A stretch of 64,000 nt of DNA, taken from a virus. Position numbers and translations under genes: made by a program. The stretch is taken from IMG/VR virus record IMGVR_UViG_3300019487_000006, positions 1 through 64,000 of that record; one strand, written 5' to 3'. The notes below the pieces were generated by a model, which saw nothing but the letters and a program-made list of their open reading frames with translations, was not told the origin of the DNA and did no database searches. Shown in pieces: positions 35,778 through 43,628 of this stretch; the stretch's first letter is position 1; every line of letters starts with the position of its first letter.

Positions 35778-36548
35778 TTACGGCGAGGCTCCGACGCCCG
35801 CACAGGTGAACAGCTTGAGGTACACGAGGGCTTTCGTCGAGTTGGTGACCGACGCAGCCATCGTAAACCCGACCCAGTTCTCTTGCGCCGCACCACCACC
35901 GGTTGCCACCGATCCGGCAGTACCGGAGATGATAACGTCCGTATTGACCGCAATCGCGGTCGTGGTACATTTCACGGTCGCAGGACCTTCCGCCTGAATC
36001 CAGCCAAAGTTTCCGTCGCTAAGTCCACCGGTGCCGAGGAGGACACCATGGTTATTGACCGCGAGTGGCTGGGTACCAAAGGTCGCGATGTCGCCCTGCC
36101 AGTTGGCTACGATGACCGCATCATCCGAACCACTGTTGGGCGCGGCAGTCAACGCATAGTCCGCTTCCAGGTTGACCAACGTGGCCGTGTTGCTTTTGCA
36201 GATACCTGTCTCACCGTCCGGGGCCGTGCCACCGGTGTTCATCTGGATCAACACCATCTTCCCGTCATGGGCGGAGGCGGTGAGACCAGACGTCACAATC
36301 TGGGTTGCGGTGGACGCAGTGGTCATGTTCGTGACCGCCACGTTTGCGGGCTTCATGACCATCGTGCTCGCGGTCAGAGCCGATCCACGCTTGTTCTTGA
36401 TGTACTTGAAAATGCGTGGATATCCATAGGCGTCCATCACGAATGAAATGGAGCCTGGGCGGTGGTTCGGGGTTGACGTGTCGTCTTGAATCGACGCGCT
36501 ACCCATTCCCACCAAATTGCCGAGTCTGAAAAACAGATCAGCACTCAT
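35778..36548 (-). CDS. head-associated structural protein (putative)
   Basis: 256-aa Thr/Ala/Gly-rich ORF, two genes downstream of the capsid gene. Confidence 0.4.
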   Translation of the reverse strand: MSADLFFRLGNLVGMGSASIQDDTSTPNHRPGSISFVMDAYGYPRIFKYIKNKRGSALTASTMVMKPANVAVTNMTTASTATQIVTSGLTASAHDGKMVLIQMNTGGTAPDGETGICKSNTATLVNLEADYALTAAPNSGSDDAVIVANWQGDIATFGTQPLAVNNHGVLLGTGGLSDGNFGWIQAEGPATVKCTTTAIAVNTDVIISGTAGSVATGGGAAQENWVGFTMAASVTNSTKALVYLKLFTCAGVGASP

Positions 36549-36958
36549 TGCTGCTCTCCTTTATGTCCGTCGGTAAGGGCAAAAGACGACGGGACGGTAA
36601 CCATCGTCTGCTTCCGGTCCATTTCGCTTCCATTGGCGAAATGCCCACGGGTTGCGAATTGCACCGGCACCACTTGAAGGTCCGGGCTTGGGAGCCACCC
36701 CCCAAGCCACTTCTTTACATCCAGCAACAAGGTACCGACATCAAACCGGTGGCGGTGATGTGCCCCCTGCCTGACTTCCACATAGGCACAGTTCTGTTCC
36801 AGAGCGGCACGGAGGACGTAGCGAGCGACAAAGACGCATGCGCCTTTTTCACACGGCCAATCCTTTGGCACGCCTTCCACCACCATCGTCTTATCGGACG
36901 AGGTGGGGATCGGTGCCTTCGTCTCCTGTGCCAAATCTCTGTAGAACGAGTTCTGCAT
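36545..36958 (-). CDS. hypothetical protein
   Basis: 137-aa ORF, coupled (ATGA) to the downstream gene. Confidence 0.4.
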   Translation of the reverse strand: MQNSFYRDLAQETKAPIPTSSDKTMVVEGVPKDWPCEKGACVFVARYVLRAALEQNCAYVEVRQGAHHRHRFDVGTLLLDVKKWLGGWLPSPDLQVVPVQFATRGHFANGSEMDRKQTMVTVPSSFALTDGHKGEQQ

Positions 36959-36961
36959 GGT

Positions 36962-37840
36962 TCATGTCAAGCCATTGCTGTATCCTTGCAACCGAGGCGA
37001 CCGGCAGATGAGATCACCCCAGGTGATTATCTGTCCGATCATTCGCTGTTGGTTGGTCGGCTCCATGAACCCACGGAAGCGGAAATCCCACTTCTTGTGC
37101 GTATAGAACCTCCACCATTTGGTGTTCAGGAAGTACACCGTCCCGGATGGACAGTGCGAGTCGACCGTAACATCCGCTGCATTCATACGAACCGACTCGA
37201 AACCAACCTCACGCTCCGTTTCGGGCTTGTTACGCTCCGACGGCTGTGACCGTTCCCAAATACGGTTCCACAACGTTTGGGTGGTCGGCATGAGGTCGGG
37301 CTTTTCGCGCCCGATCACACAGGACCCATAGTCGTTGTTGAGCCCGGACAGGGATAAGGCTCCACCGGCGGTATTTTCAACACCCGCGAGCAGGGCATTG
37401 CCTGGGTCGCCAGCAGTTGACGACCGAGTGATGCCTCCGTATGGAACAGAGGTGGACCGTGTGACTGCGTTGCCAAGACCGTCCACATCGTTTGACCCGT
37501 TTCCCGTTCCGTCGGAGAAAATCTGGGTCGAGATATTGTCGATCATGGACAGTTCGCCGTTCTCCATCGCCGCTTCGACGAGGTCGAAGACCTGATCCGG
37601 TGAATCGTTGAGGTCGACATCGACCACGTCGAGGTTCACCGGCGCGTAGCAGAACTTCCAGTTGAAAATCATCATGGTGCTGAATTCCTTCGTGGACGTA
37701 TCAAACTCCGTCCCACGTCCATAGGACGAGGCCGGGAAGTTCGCGTACACGAACGTTTCCTGAATGTCGCGCCCACCACCGAGCTTGACGTTCTCCTTTT
37801 TACGGATATACGCCAGCAAAGGTGCTGAACCGAAAAAGTT
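36962..37840 (-). CDS. major capsid protein, exon 2
   Basis: 292 codons plus stop, beginning NFFGSAPLLAYIRKK. The track ORF has only a TTG start, no RBS, and a stop 4 codons upstream. It follows the scaffold gene. C-terminus VYFLNTKWW...FMEPTNQQ...CRSPRLQG is capsid-like. Confidence 0.65.
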   Translation of the reverse strand, partial: NFFGSAPLLAYIRKKENVKLGGGRDIQETFVYANFPASSYGRGTEFDTSTKEFSTMMIFNWKFCYAPVNLDVVDVDLNDSPDQVFDLVEAAMENGELSMIDNISTQIFSDGTGNGSNDVDGLGNAVTRSTSVPYGGITRSSTAGDPGNALLAGVENTAGGALSLSGLNNDYGSCVIGREKPDLMPTTQTLWNRIWERSQPSERNKPETEREVGFESVRMNAADVTVDSHCPSGTVYFLNTKWWRFYTHKKWDFRFRGFMEPTNQQRMIGQIITWGDLICRSPRLQGYSNGLT

Positions 37841-38100
37841 CAAATCTGTTACTTACTAACTACCGAACAGTGTGTTAGACTGTGCTCGGTAGCGGGCCGT
37901 CATTTCTGCGGCCTCTGACGGTTTGCCATCCCGTCAGGTCGGACTGTCGCATATTCACTTCATGGTTATGAAGCGAACCCCACTCACTCAGTCTCTGCAA
38001 GTGAAGGCATAGTTCATATGCCCCCTTCTTGAGGGTTGCCCTATCATCTTGGAGGGGTTTCCCCATTGATCAGAGCGGGTTTAACGTGGACAACTTACTT
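37841..38100 (-). ncRNA. group I self-splicing intron (260 nt, no ORF) in the major capsid gene
   Basis: IGS AAGTTGTCCAC (38096..38086) complements the ligated junction GTGGAT|AACTT with G.U at the 5' splice site. The intron ends in G (37841). R-like GCAGAGACUGAG (37998..37987) and S-like ACAGUCCGACC (37947..37937) can pair GACUG/CAGUC as P7. There are multiple hairpins. Confidence 0.75.
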
Positions 38101-38181
38101 ATCCACCAACCCCGGACGACGGTTCTCGTACGTCGCGGCATAGAAGGTGTTAAGGGTCTGTGTTCTCGTTGGGGCTGCCAT
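38101..38181 (-). CDS. major capsid protein, exon 1
   Basis: AAGGAGG then ATG 38181. 27 codons MAAPTRTQTLNTFYAATYENRRPGLVD. An in-frame TAA follows two codons into the intron. Confidence 0.65.
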
Positions 38182-38239
38182 AGTTCACGCCTCCTTGCGT
38201 GCTGTGCCGGGGTGACTCTATGACAGGCCCGACGAATCG

Positions 38240-39178
38240 TTAGATTCGCGGAAACTGTTCACGAAGTCCTTCCGTACCCACGGCCTCTTTGACGGTGGAC
38301 ATGACGTTCTTGAACCGATCCTCACGTTTCTCCGTTGGTTTTGGTTGATCCGTGGGTCGGCTGAACAAGCCACCATTATTACCGATTGATCCAAGAGATT
38401 CCTTTTCACGACGTTCACGGTCCGCCCGCAGTTCACTGAGTTCCTTCTCCAGTCTCGACTTGTCACTCCGCAGCGAGAGGGTTTCTCCCGCCAGTGAGAG
38501 TGGGTCGATGTTTTTGGGGTCCGCGTACTTCAAGGCTTCATCGTGCCACGCACGGGTTTCCTGGAGCTTCTCCGGTGGAAGGACACGTTCCAGGGTTTTC
38601 CACAATACGTCACTGAATGCCTTGTGCCGTTGATCCAACTGGGACGAAATCTGTTGGGCCTGCTTCTGCCCCCAATCTTCAACCGTGCGAGCGAACTGCT
38701 GCGTCCACGGTGCCAGCGCACTCTGGAAAATACGTTGTGCGGTCTGGTTGATGAGTGCGTCCTTCTCCTGCTGCGTGAGGAGTTCCACCCCTTGGGTGTT
38801 CGCCACGGCATACTGAGCCTGCTGATACGCCTGTTGCTGCATGGCTTGGGAGTTCGGTTGCTGCTGCGTCATCTGACCATTTCCACCGAACTGCTGCGGC
38901 TGTGCCCCCTGGTAACCATGCCACCACTGTTGGATCGGTTGGTTATATTTTCCATACCACTCTACGATGGGAGCCGCCTTCTGTGCCCACTCCAGGATTT
39001 CCTGGTACTTCTTGGCGTAGTCTTCATACTGCTTCTTCGTGTCGCCCAGCGACTTGCCCTGTTCACCCAACTTTTTTTCAAGCTCGGTATAACCCTTCTC
39101 GGCATCCTCCATGGTGTCGTACTTTCCAAGGAATTTGCCAGTTTTTGGGTCGCGAGCTTGTCCGTCTTTCTCAGCCAT
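38240..39178 (-). CDS. scaffolding protein (putative)
   Basis: 312 aa, charged, Gln-rich and helical, immediately upstream of the capsid gene. Confidence 0.5.
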   Translation of the reverse strand: MAEKDGQARDPKTGKFLGKYDTMEDAEKGYTELEKKLGEQGKSLGDTKKQYEDYAKKYQEILEWAQKAAPIVEWYGKYNQPIQQWWHGYQGAQPQQFGGNGQMTQQQPNSQAMQQQAYQQAQYAVANTQGVELLTQQEKDALINQTAQRIFQSALAPWTQQFARTVEDWGQKQAQQISSQLDQRHKAFSDVLWKTLERVLPPEKLQETRAWHDEALKYADPKNIDPLSLAGETLSLRSDKSRLEKELSELRADRERREKESLGSIGNNGGLFSRPTDQPKPTEKREDRFKNVMSTVKEAVGTEGLREQFPRI

Positions 39179-39245
39179 GGTGCATTACCTTTCCTAGAAT
39201 CCGCCGCCTCGTGAGAGGGTGTGACGGGTAGGGGTTATGAGGAGA

Positions 39246-39512
39246 TTATTCATCCTCATGTAACGTGGTAGAGTCCTCATCTTCGTCCTCGTCTCCATGT
39301 CGGAGTATTTCCAAGGCTTCCTCGATATTGGACTTTACACGTTTATTCGACTCGGCCTTATACGCCATGTGCAGGTTCTCGATAGCTGCCTGCAATGAAT
39401 CCTGGGCGCGACCAGCATGTCCGGCGAGCATCTCCTCCAGGCGAGCCGTGACGGGCTCGGTGTCTGGAGCAGTCTCGGTGAGTCCGGGGATAAGGTCGAG
39501 ATCGGTCTCCAC
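39246..39512 (-). CDS. acidic hypothetical protein
   Basis: GTG start. 88 aa. C-terminus GDEDEDEDSTTLHEDE. Confidence 0.4.
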   Translation of the reverse strand: METDLDLIPGLTETAPDTEPVTARLEEMLAGHAGRAQDSLQAAIENLHMAYKAESNKRVKSNIEEALEILRHGDEDEDEDSTTLHEDE

Positions 39513-39515
39513 GCG

Positions 39516-39638
39516 CTACTTGCCTTTCTTACTGACGGTCGAAATGGGATCGCTGCCCTTCCGTTGCTCCTTCGATGGTGACGTAATCTTGTTACCATCA
39601 GAGTATTTCTCGGTCGGGGCATTGGATTTTGGGTGCAT
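39516..39638 (-). CDS. 40-aa hydrophilic micro-protein (putative)
   Basis: AGGAGG lies 5 nt before ATG 39638. MHPKSNAPTEKYSDGNKITSPSKEQRKGSDPISTVSKKGK. Confidence 0.4.
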   Translation of the reverse strand: MHPKSNAPTEKYSDGNKITSPSKEQRKGSDPISTVSKKGK

Positions 39639-39647
39639 ATGAACCTC

Positions 39648-39932
39648 CTATGGCATGATCGGTGGTGGGGTGACGGGAGCGGGCAGTCCACCGGGTTGCG
39701 GCGCTCCTTGCTGATAGTGCCACGGGAACGTAGACGGATACTTCGGCATTCCAGTTTGGGGATTCAGTTGTTTACCGCCCATCAACGCATTCATCAGAGA
39801 TTCGACCAGGTTGAGTGATGGACCGGCGTCAGGAGGAGCCCCTGGGGTAGGAGACACGCCAGGGGACGACACCGTCTCGTCTTTTCCAGCTTGATCGATC
39901 TGCCGTTCAGCCGCTTTTCCACCGTATGGCAT
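39648..39932 (-). CDS. Pro/Gly-rich protein
   Basis: 94 aa, MPYGGKAAER...PGGLPAPVTPPPIMP. Confidence 0.4.
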   Translation of the reverse strand: MPYGGKAAERQIDQAGKDETVSSPGVSPTPGAPPDAGPSLNLVESLMNALMGGKQLNPQTGMPKYPSTFPWHYQQGAPQPGGLPAPVTPPPIMP

Positions 39933-39934
39933 CG

Positions 39935-40099
39935 TTACCTCGAAAAACTGCGCGTATGTTTTCGCGTTTGATCGCGGTGTTTGAAATAGTCGACTTCACG
40001 CAACCGCTTCCGTGCGCCGGACTTTGATAAACCCCCGCCGAGATTCCGTCCACTATGACTCACGACCCGGTATTTACCTCCACCTTCGGAACGGATCAT
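39935..40099 (-). CDS. 54-aa basic micro-protein (putative)
   Basis: Hand translation MIRSEGGGKYRVVSHSGRNLGGGLSKSGARKRLREVDYFKHRDQTRKHTRSFSR. The stop lies 2 nt before the next ATG. Confidence 0.3.
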   Translation of the reverse strand: MIRSEGGGKYRVVSHSGRNLGGGLSKSGARKRLREVDYFKHRDQTRKHTRSFSR

Positions 40100-40210
40100 T
40101 GCGGTCGCCCACCTACGACTTTTTCTTACTGCACGGCTGAACCCCCTTCGATGGAATGGGGGATGAAATCAGCTTGCAAGGAACCTCATGCGACGGCGCT
40201 GACTTTTTCA

Positions 40211-40238
40211 TATATACGTACTCCTACGTAGATTGCAA
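40211..40238 (-). promoter_or_regulatory. sigma70-like promoter C (TTGCAA-N16-TATATA) with CTACGTA in the spacer
   Basis: - strand reads ccTTGCAAtctacgtaggagtacgTATATAtgaaaaag. Confidence 0.4.
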
Positions 40239-40249
40239 GGTAAATTTTT

Positions 40250-40594
40250 TTAGACCAGCCCTCGCGCTGCGGTCAATTGGTTCTGCATTTCCAGGTTTGG
40301 GGCCTGCATCAACCCCGCCATGGGAGGCGGTGGCATCATCGGCGGACCACCCATCGGGGGTGGCGGTGCGCCGGGAGAGGACCCCATCGGCATCGTTGGT
40401 ACTGGACTAAGACCGGGGGAGGGAGGTCCAGCCATGGGTCCAGGTGATGGCGATGGGGCTAAAGGAGGTGGTATCATCTTCTTCAACTCCGCCAACAAAA
40501 TAACCAGTTTGTCGACGTCACCCAGTTTCCCTTCCAGTTGCGTTTTAGCCGACGGTTCACTTTTGGTGTAGCCGTCATGCTCATCCGTGTGCAT
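40250..40594 (-). CDS. Pro/Gly/Met-rich protein
   Basis: 114 aa. PSPGPMAGPPSPGLSPVPTMPMGSSPGAPPPPMGGPPMMPPPPMAG. Confidence 0.4.
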   Translation of the reverse strand: MHTDEHDGYTKSEPSAKTQLEGKLGDVDKLVILLAELKKMIPPPLAPSPSPGPMAGPPSPGLSPVPTMPMGSSPGAPPPPMGGPPMMPPPPMAGLMQAPNLEMQNQLTAARGLV

Positions 40595-40957
40595 TTAGAC
40601 TTTCATCCCCGCCAACGGTGCCGCCATGGACCCGCCCGGTGAGGAGTTCATGAGCGCACTCTGTTGAGGGTTGACCATTTGTGCGCCGTCACGCTGACGC
40701 TTGCCGAGGTCCATTTTCTTCAGCAGTTCGTAGAAGCCGACGCCTTGCATGATCGCGTCACGCTGCGCCGGGTCCTTGTCCATTAGAAAGGAGAGAATCA
40801 ATTTGCCACGGTCGATCTCGTTGCCTTGCGGGGCGGGCGGCGGAGCCCCCATGCCGGGCGGTGGGGGTGGTCCCATACTCGCCGGATTCATGTTGGGTTG
40901 CGCGAGCATCCCCAACAAGGAGTTGCTGGAACTGGGGGGAGTCATCTCATAAGGCAT
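40595..40957 (-). CDS. Pro/Gly-rich protein
   Basis: 120 aa, MPYEMTPPSS...GPPPPPGMGAPPPAPQG. The MPY start parallels 39648..39932. Confidence 0.4.
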   Translation of the reverse strand: MPYEMTPPSSSNSLLGMLAQPNMNPASMGPPPPPGMGAPPPAPQGNEIDRGKLILSFLMDKDPAQRDAIMQGVGFYELLKKMDLGKRQRDGAQMVNPQQSALMNSSPGGSMAAPLAGMKV

Positions 40958-40988
40958 ACGTAGTTCTCCCTATTTCAACTTATACACA

Positions 40989-41273
40989 TTATGGGATAGG
41001 TCTGTCAAGTCCTTGTCCACGTTGGAGGGCCTGCGCCTCGGCATACCGTTTCATCACCATCTCCACCAAGTTTCCAAAATCGAATGAGCGACGCTGGGCG
41101 GCATCGACCGCTTCAGGTTCAGTGGGATACGATAATTTCTCATACGGGAACTGTAACGGAAGGACCTGGCCTGGTAGGGCGGTAACGCCTGGGGTATTTA
41201 CGACTCCAGGCCCGTAGACGTTTTCGTACCGACGGCCTGGTGCATCCTGTGTAACAGATTGTTCGTGTGCCAT
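40989..41273 (-). CDS. hypothetical protein
   Basis: 94-aa ORF directly after the portal gene. Confidence 0.4.
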   Translation of the reverse strand: MAHEQSVTQDAPGRRYENVYGPGVVNTPGVTALPGQVLPLQFPYEKLSYPTEPEAVDAAQRRSFDFGNLVEMVMKRYAEAQALQRGQGLDRPIP

Positions 41274-41281
41274 ATATTACC

Positions 41282-42982
41282 CTAGTTTGCTTTCTTTCTC
41301 TCAAATCCCGGAGGAGGAAAAGTCTTAAACTCCTCCTGCACATCTAGGAGAATGCGGTCCACGTCATTGAAGTCCGCCGCCTCCAAAACCATTTTTCTCG
41401 TGGCACATCCCAACATCATGAGTTTGACCATCATTTCCGCCCGTTTCTGTCTGGTTCCTGGAGCGGAAGAGCCAGGTAGTACCGCGAACCGCAAGTGACG
41501 AAAGACATCCCGACGGTCTTTATCACTGACCGGTGAACCATCGTCGTTGATGAACAGTTCCTTACGGTTTAGGATATACTCGAAGGCTTCTCCACCAGGG
41601 CCGAGCAAGTGGAACACGCGGTCTCCTGGCCAAAATTGGAGAATCCTGGCCATGAGCTTGCTCCCAACACGACCGTAAAAGTCTTCCAAGCGGGAGGCGC
41701 GGCTACGGGTCATCAGGCTGGCCCCTTCCTGAAGTCCTTCAATGGCTTGACCGGACTGCAACGAACCTGGGTGTTCTCCCAACGTGACGTCGGTGACCCC
41801 GGTCATTAACTGGGCATAGGTGAACAGGGCTTTCGCCATATTGAGCTTGTCGGCTCCAAATGAAGGGGGCGGTGTTACGGTCAGTTCCTTGTTTGCGCTG
41901 GTTTTACGAAGAATCAAGCTGTTGGTGATCTTTTGAAGGTTTGCCCACTGTGCCGGGTCCAACACATCTGAGGCACCGGTTATCAAGAGAAAATTGCTGA
42001 GAATGTGGTTGGCGACGGTACCGTCCAGTATCTCATTGAAAGAGAGTTGTAGACGCTTGAGCATCATCGGGGCACTGATCCCCCATGGGTGCTCCGGGTC
42101 AACCCCCCAATCAAACCAGTCCACTGGGAATTGTCCATCCCAATACGGGACCGGACCGTCCCACAAAACCAGGTCCTTAGTATAGATGAGCCGACGACCA
42201 TGCGGAAAATAGGGTTCCCCGTCGGCCCCGCACTGACGATCACGCAGGAATGCCTCGTAAATGTACGTCCGTGGAATGATCCGCGAGACGGACTTACGAG
42301 GCGAGGACTTCAACAGGTCCGTGACCGGTGACTTGATCGATATGCCGGACCGTTCCTTGTCACTGGTGAAGGAGACATCTTCAGACTTGATAAGCGCCCC
42401 CCGGCCAGGAAACCGGTAGACCAGTTCGTCCACCGGCTTAATCCGCTCCACAATCACGAACTCTCCCTGGTCAATCTGGGAGGATTCGTTGATCTGTGGA
42501 TCGAAGTGGACCTGGTCCTTGGTGAGGATTTCAATGCTGACGCAGTCATTGATGGCGTCGTAGCCGGTGTACATGCCGGATGACCGGCGAATGGCGGAAT
42601 TGTGGCACATGCGGTAGCTTTTGCGCTGCATGTCCTCTTCCTGCCAGACGGCGGTCATGGATTTCTCCAGTGCCGACGCCATTTTCTTAAGGCCCTGCTT
42701 ACGGTTCTCGACTCGTAGGACGGGACGGTTGTCGGTGAGCCCGGCGACCATGCGGTCGATGAACATTTGCACGAAATCGCAGGAATAATATTGGTTGCGG
42801 TCACCGGGTTTATACTGACCCCGGTAGAGTTTCAGGGCGTCCTTATCATCCTCAACTGGACAGAACTTTTTCTTGGCGTCCTCAGACTCCTCCTTGAGTT
42901 CGTTCAAATAATCCAGGACGTATTGCTCGTCCTTGGAATTCCCGGTTGAGGTTTTTGTATCAATCGCCCCAGGGAGCGACAT
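41282..42982 (-). CDS. portal protein (putative)
   Basis: 566 aa. The size fits, and it lies just downstream of TerL and upstream of scaffold and capsid. Confidence 0.55.
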   Translation of the reverse strand: MSLPGAIDTKTSTGNSKDEQYVLDYLNELKEESEDAKKKFCPVEDDKDALKLYRGQYKPGDRNQYYSCDFVQMFIDRMVAGLTDNRPVLRVENRKQGLKKMASALEKSMTAVWQEEDMQRKSYRMCHNSAIRRSSGMYTGYDAINDCVSIEILTKDQVHFDPQINESSQIDQGEFVIVERIKPVDELVYRFPGRGALIKSEDVSFTSDKERSGISIKSPVTDLLKSSPRKSVSRIIPRTYIYEAFLRDRQCGADGEPYFPHGRRLIYTKDLVLWDGPVPYWDGQFPVDWFDWGVDPEHPWGISAPMMLKRLQLSFNEILDGTVANHILSNFLLITGASDVLDPAQWANLQKITNSLILRKTSANKELTVTPPPSFGADKLNMAKALFTYAQLMTGVTDVTLGEHPGSLQSGQAIEGLQEGASLMTRSRASRLEDFYGRVGSKLMARILQFWPGDRVFHLLGPGGEAFEYILNRKELFINDDGSPVSDKDRRDVFRHLRFAVLPGSSAPGTRQKRAEMMVKLMMLGCATRKMVLEAADFNDVDRILLDVQEEFKTFPPPGFERKKAN

Positions 42983-43608
42983 CAGCGACCTATCATGGCT
43001 CTAGGCACGCGAGGATATTGTTTCGGCATCGGTGGCGTCAGGTCCGGGTTACGGGGAAGCTGTACCTCCTGAGGACGGGTCGCCCGCATCTGGGCTACAA
43101 GATGTTTCCGTCCGCATGAGTCGGACCCATCTGCTGGGGGCGGACAAAATTGCTGTCCTTTCGTGACCGGCACGAAGTAGCGATGACAATACTGACACTC
43201 AGATTGGTCCGGCGGAGGACTTTCCAGTGCGGCGACCGTGGCATCTGTCCACGGCCCCAAGGTATCTGCGACGGCCCCCTGCTCGCGGGCTCGAAGGATT
43301 GCGGACATGATGAATGAGGTGACTGGGCGTTGCGTATCCTTCGCAAGTTGGTGAATCAGATCACGGTGTTCAGGGTCGAGACAACTCACAATCATTCGGC
43401 AGGCGTCTTCGATGTTGGTGGGGGATACTGGGATCGGTGGAGTCAGCGCGACATTGGCTGCCGCCTCCTCCATTAGTTGCTGTACGATAGTCGCGAAGTG
43501 CCGTTTGGGGCTTTTCCCCGGCAGCGCCTCCATCCGTTCACGGGCAATCCTGACCCACGACTCCGGTACTTCCAACATGACCAGTTCACGACCAGCAGGT
43601 TCAGACAT
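42982..43608 (-). CDS. hypothetical protein with C-terminal zinc ribbon
   Basis: ATG 43608 lies 6 nt after GGAGGA (ORF track 42982..43623). CQYCHRYF...CPP...SCGRKH. Confidence 0.45.
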   Translation of the reverse strand: MSEPAGRELVMLEVPESWVRIARERMEALPGKSPKRHFATIVQQLMEEAAANVALTPPIPVSPTNIEDACRMIVSCLDPEHRDLIHQLAKDTQRPVTSFIMSAILRAREQGAVADTLGPWTDATVAALESPPPDQSECQYCHRYFVPVTKGQQFCPPPADGSDSCGRKHLVAQMRATRPQEVQLPRNPDLTPPMPKQYPRVPRAMIGR

Positions 43609-43628
43609 GGTGAGTCCTCCCATTCGTA

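Noticed and set aside
37852-38097. Alternative intron boundaries: 5' splice site after AAGT at 38097, 3' splice site after AAG at 37852
   Set aside because: These boundaries also keep the frame and obey the U...G rule. However, the 5' splice-site U would then lie in the P1 loop, not at the G.U pair of a guide helix. The 38101/37841 boundaries give an 11-nt guide match to the ligated exons.
40172-40181. Third CTTGCAAGG copy as another late promoter
   Set aside because: No -10-like hexamer lies at the right distance on either strand.
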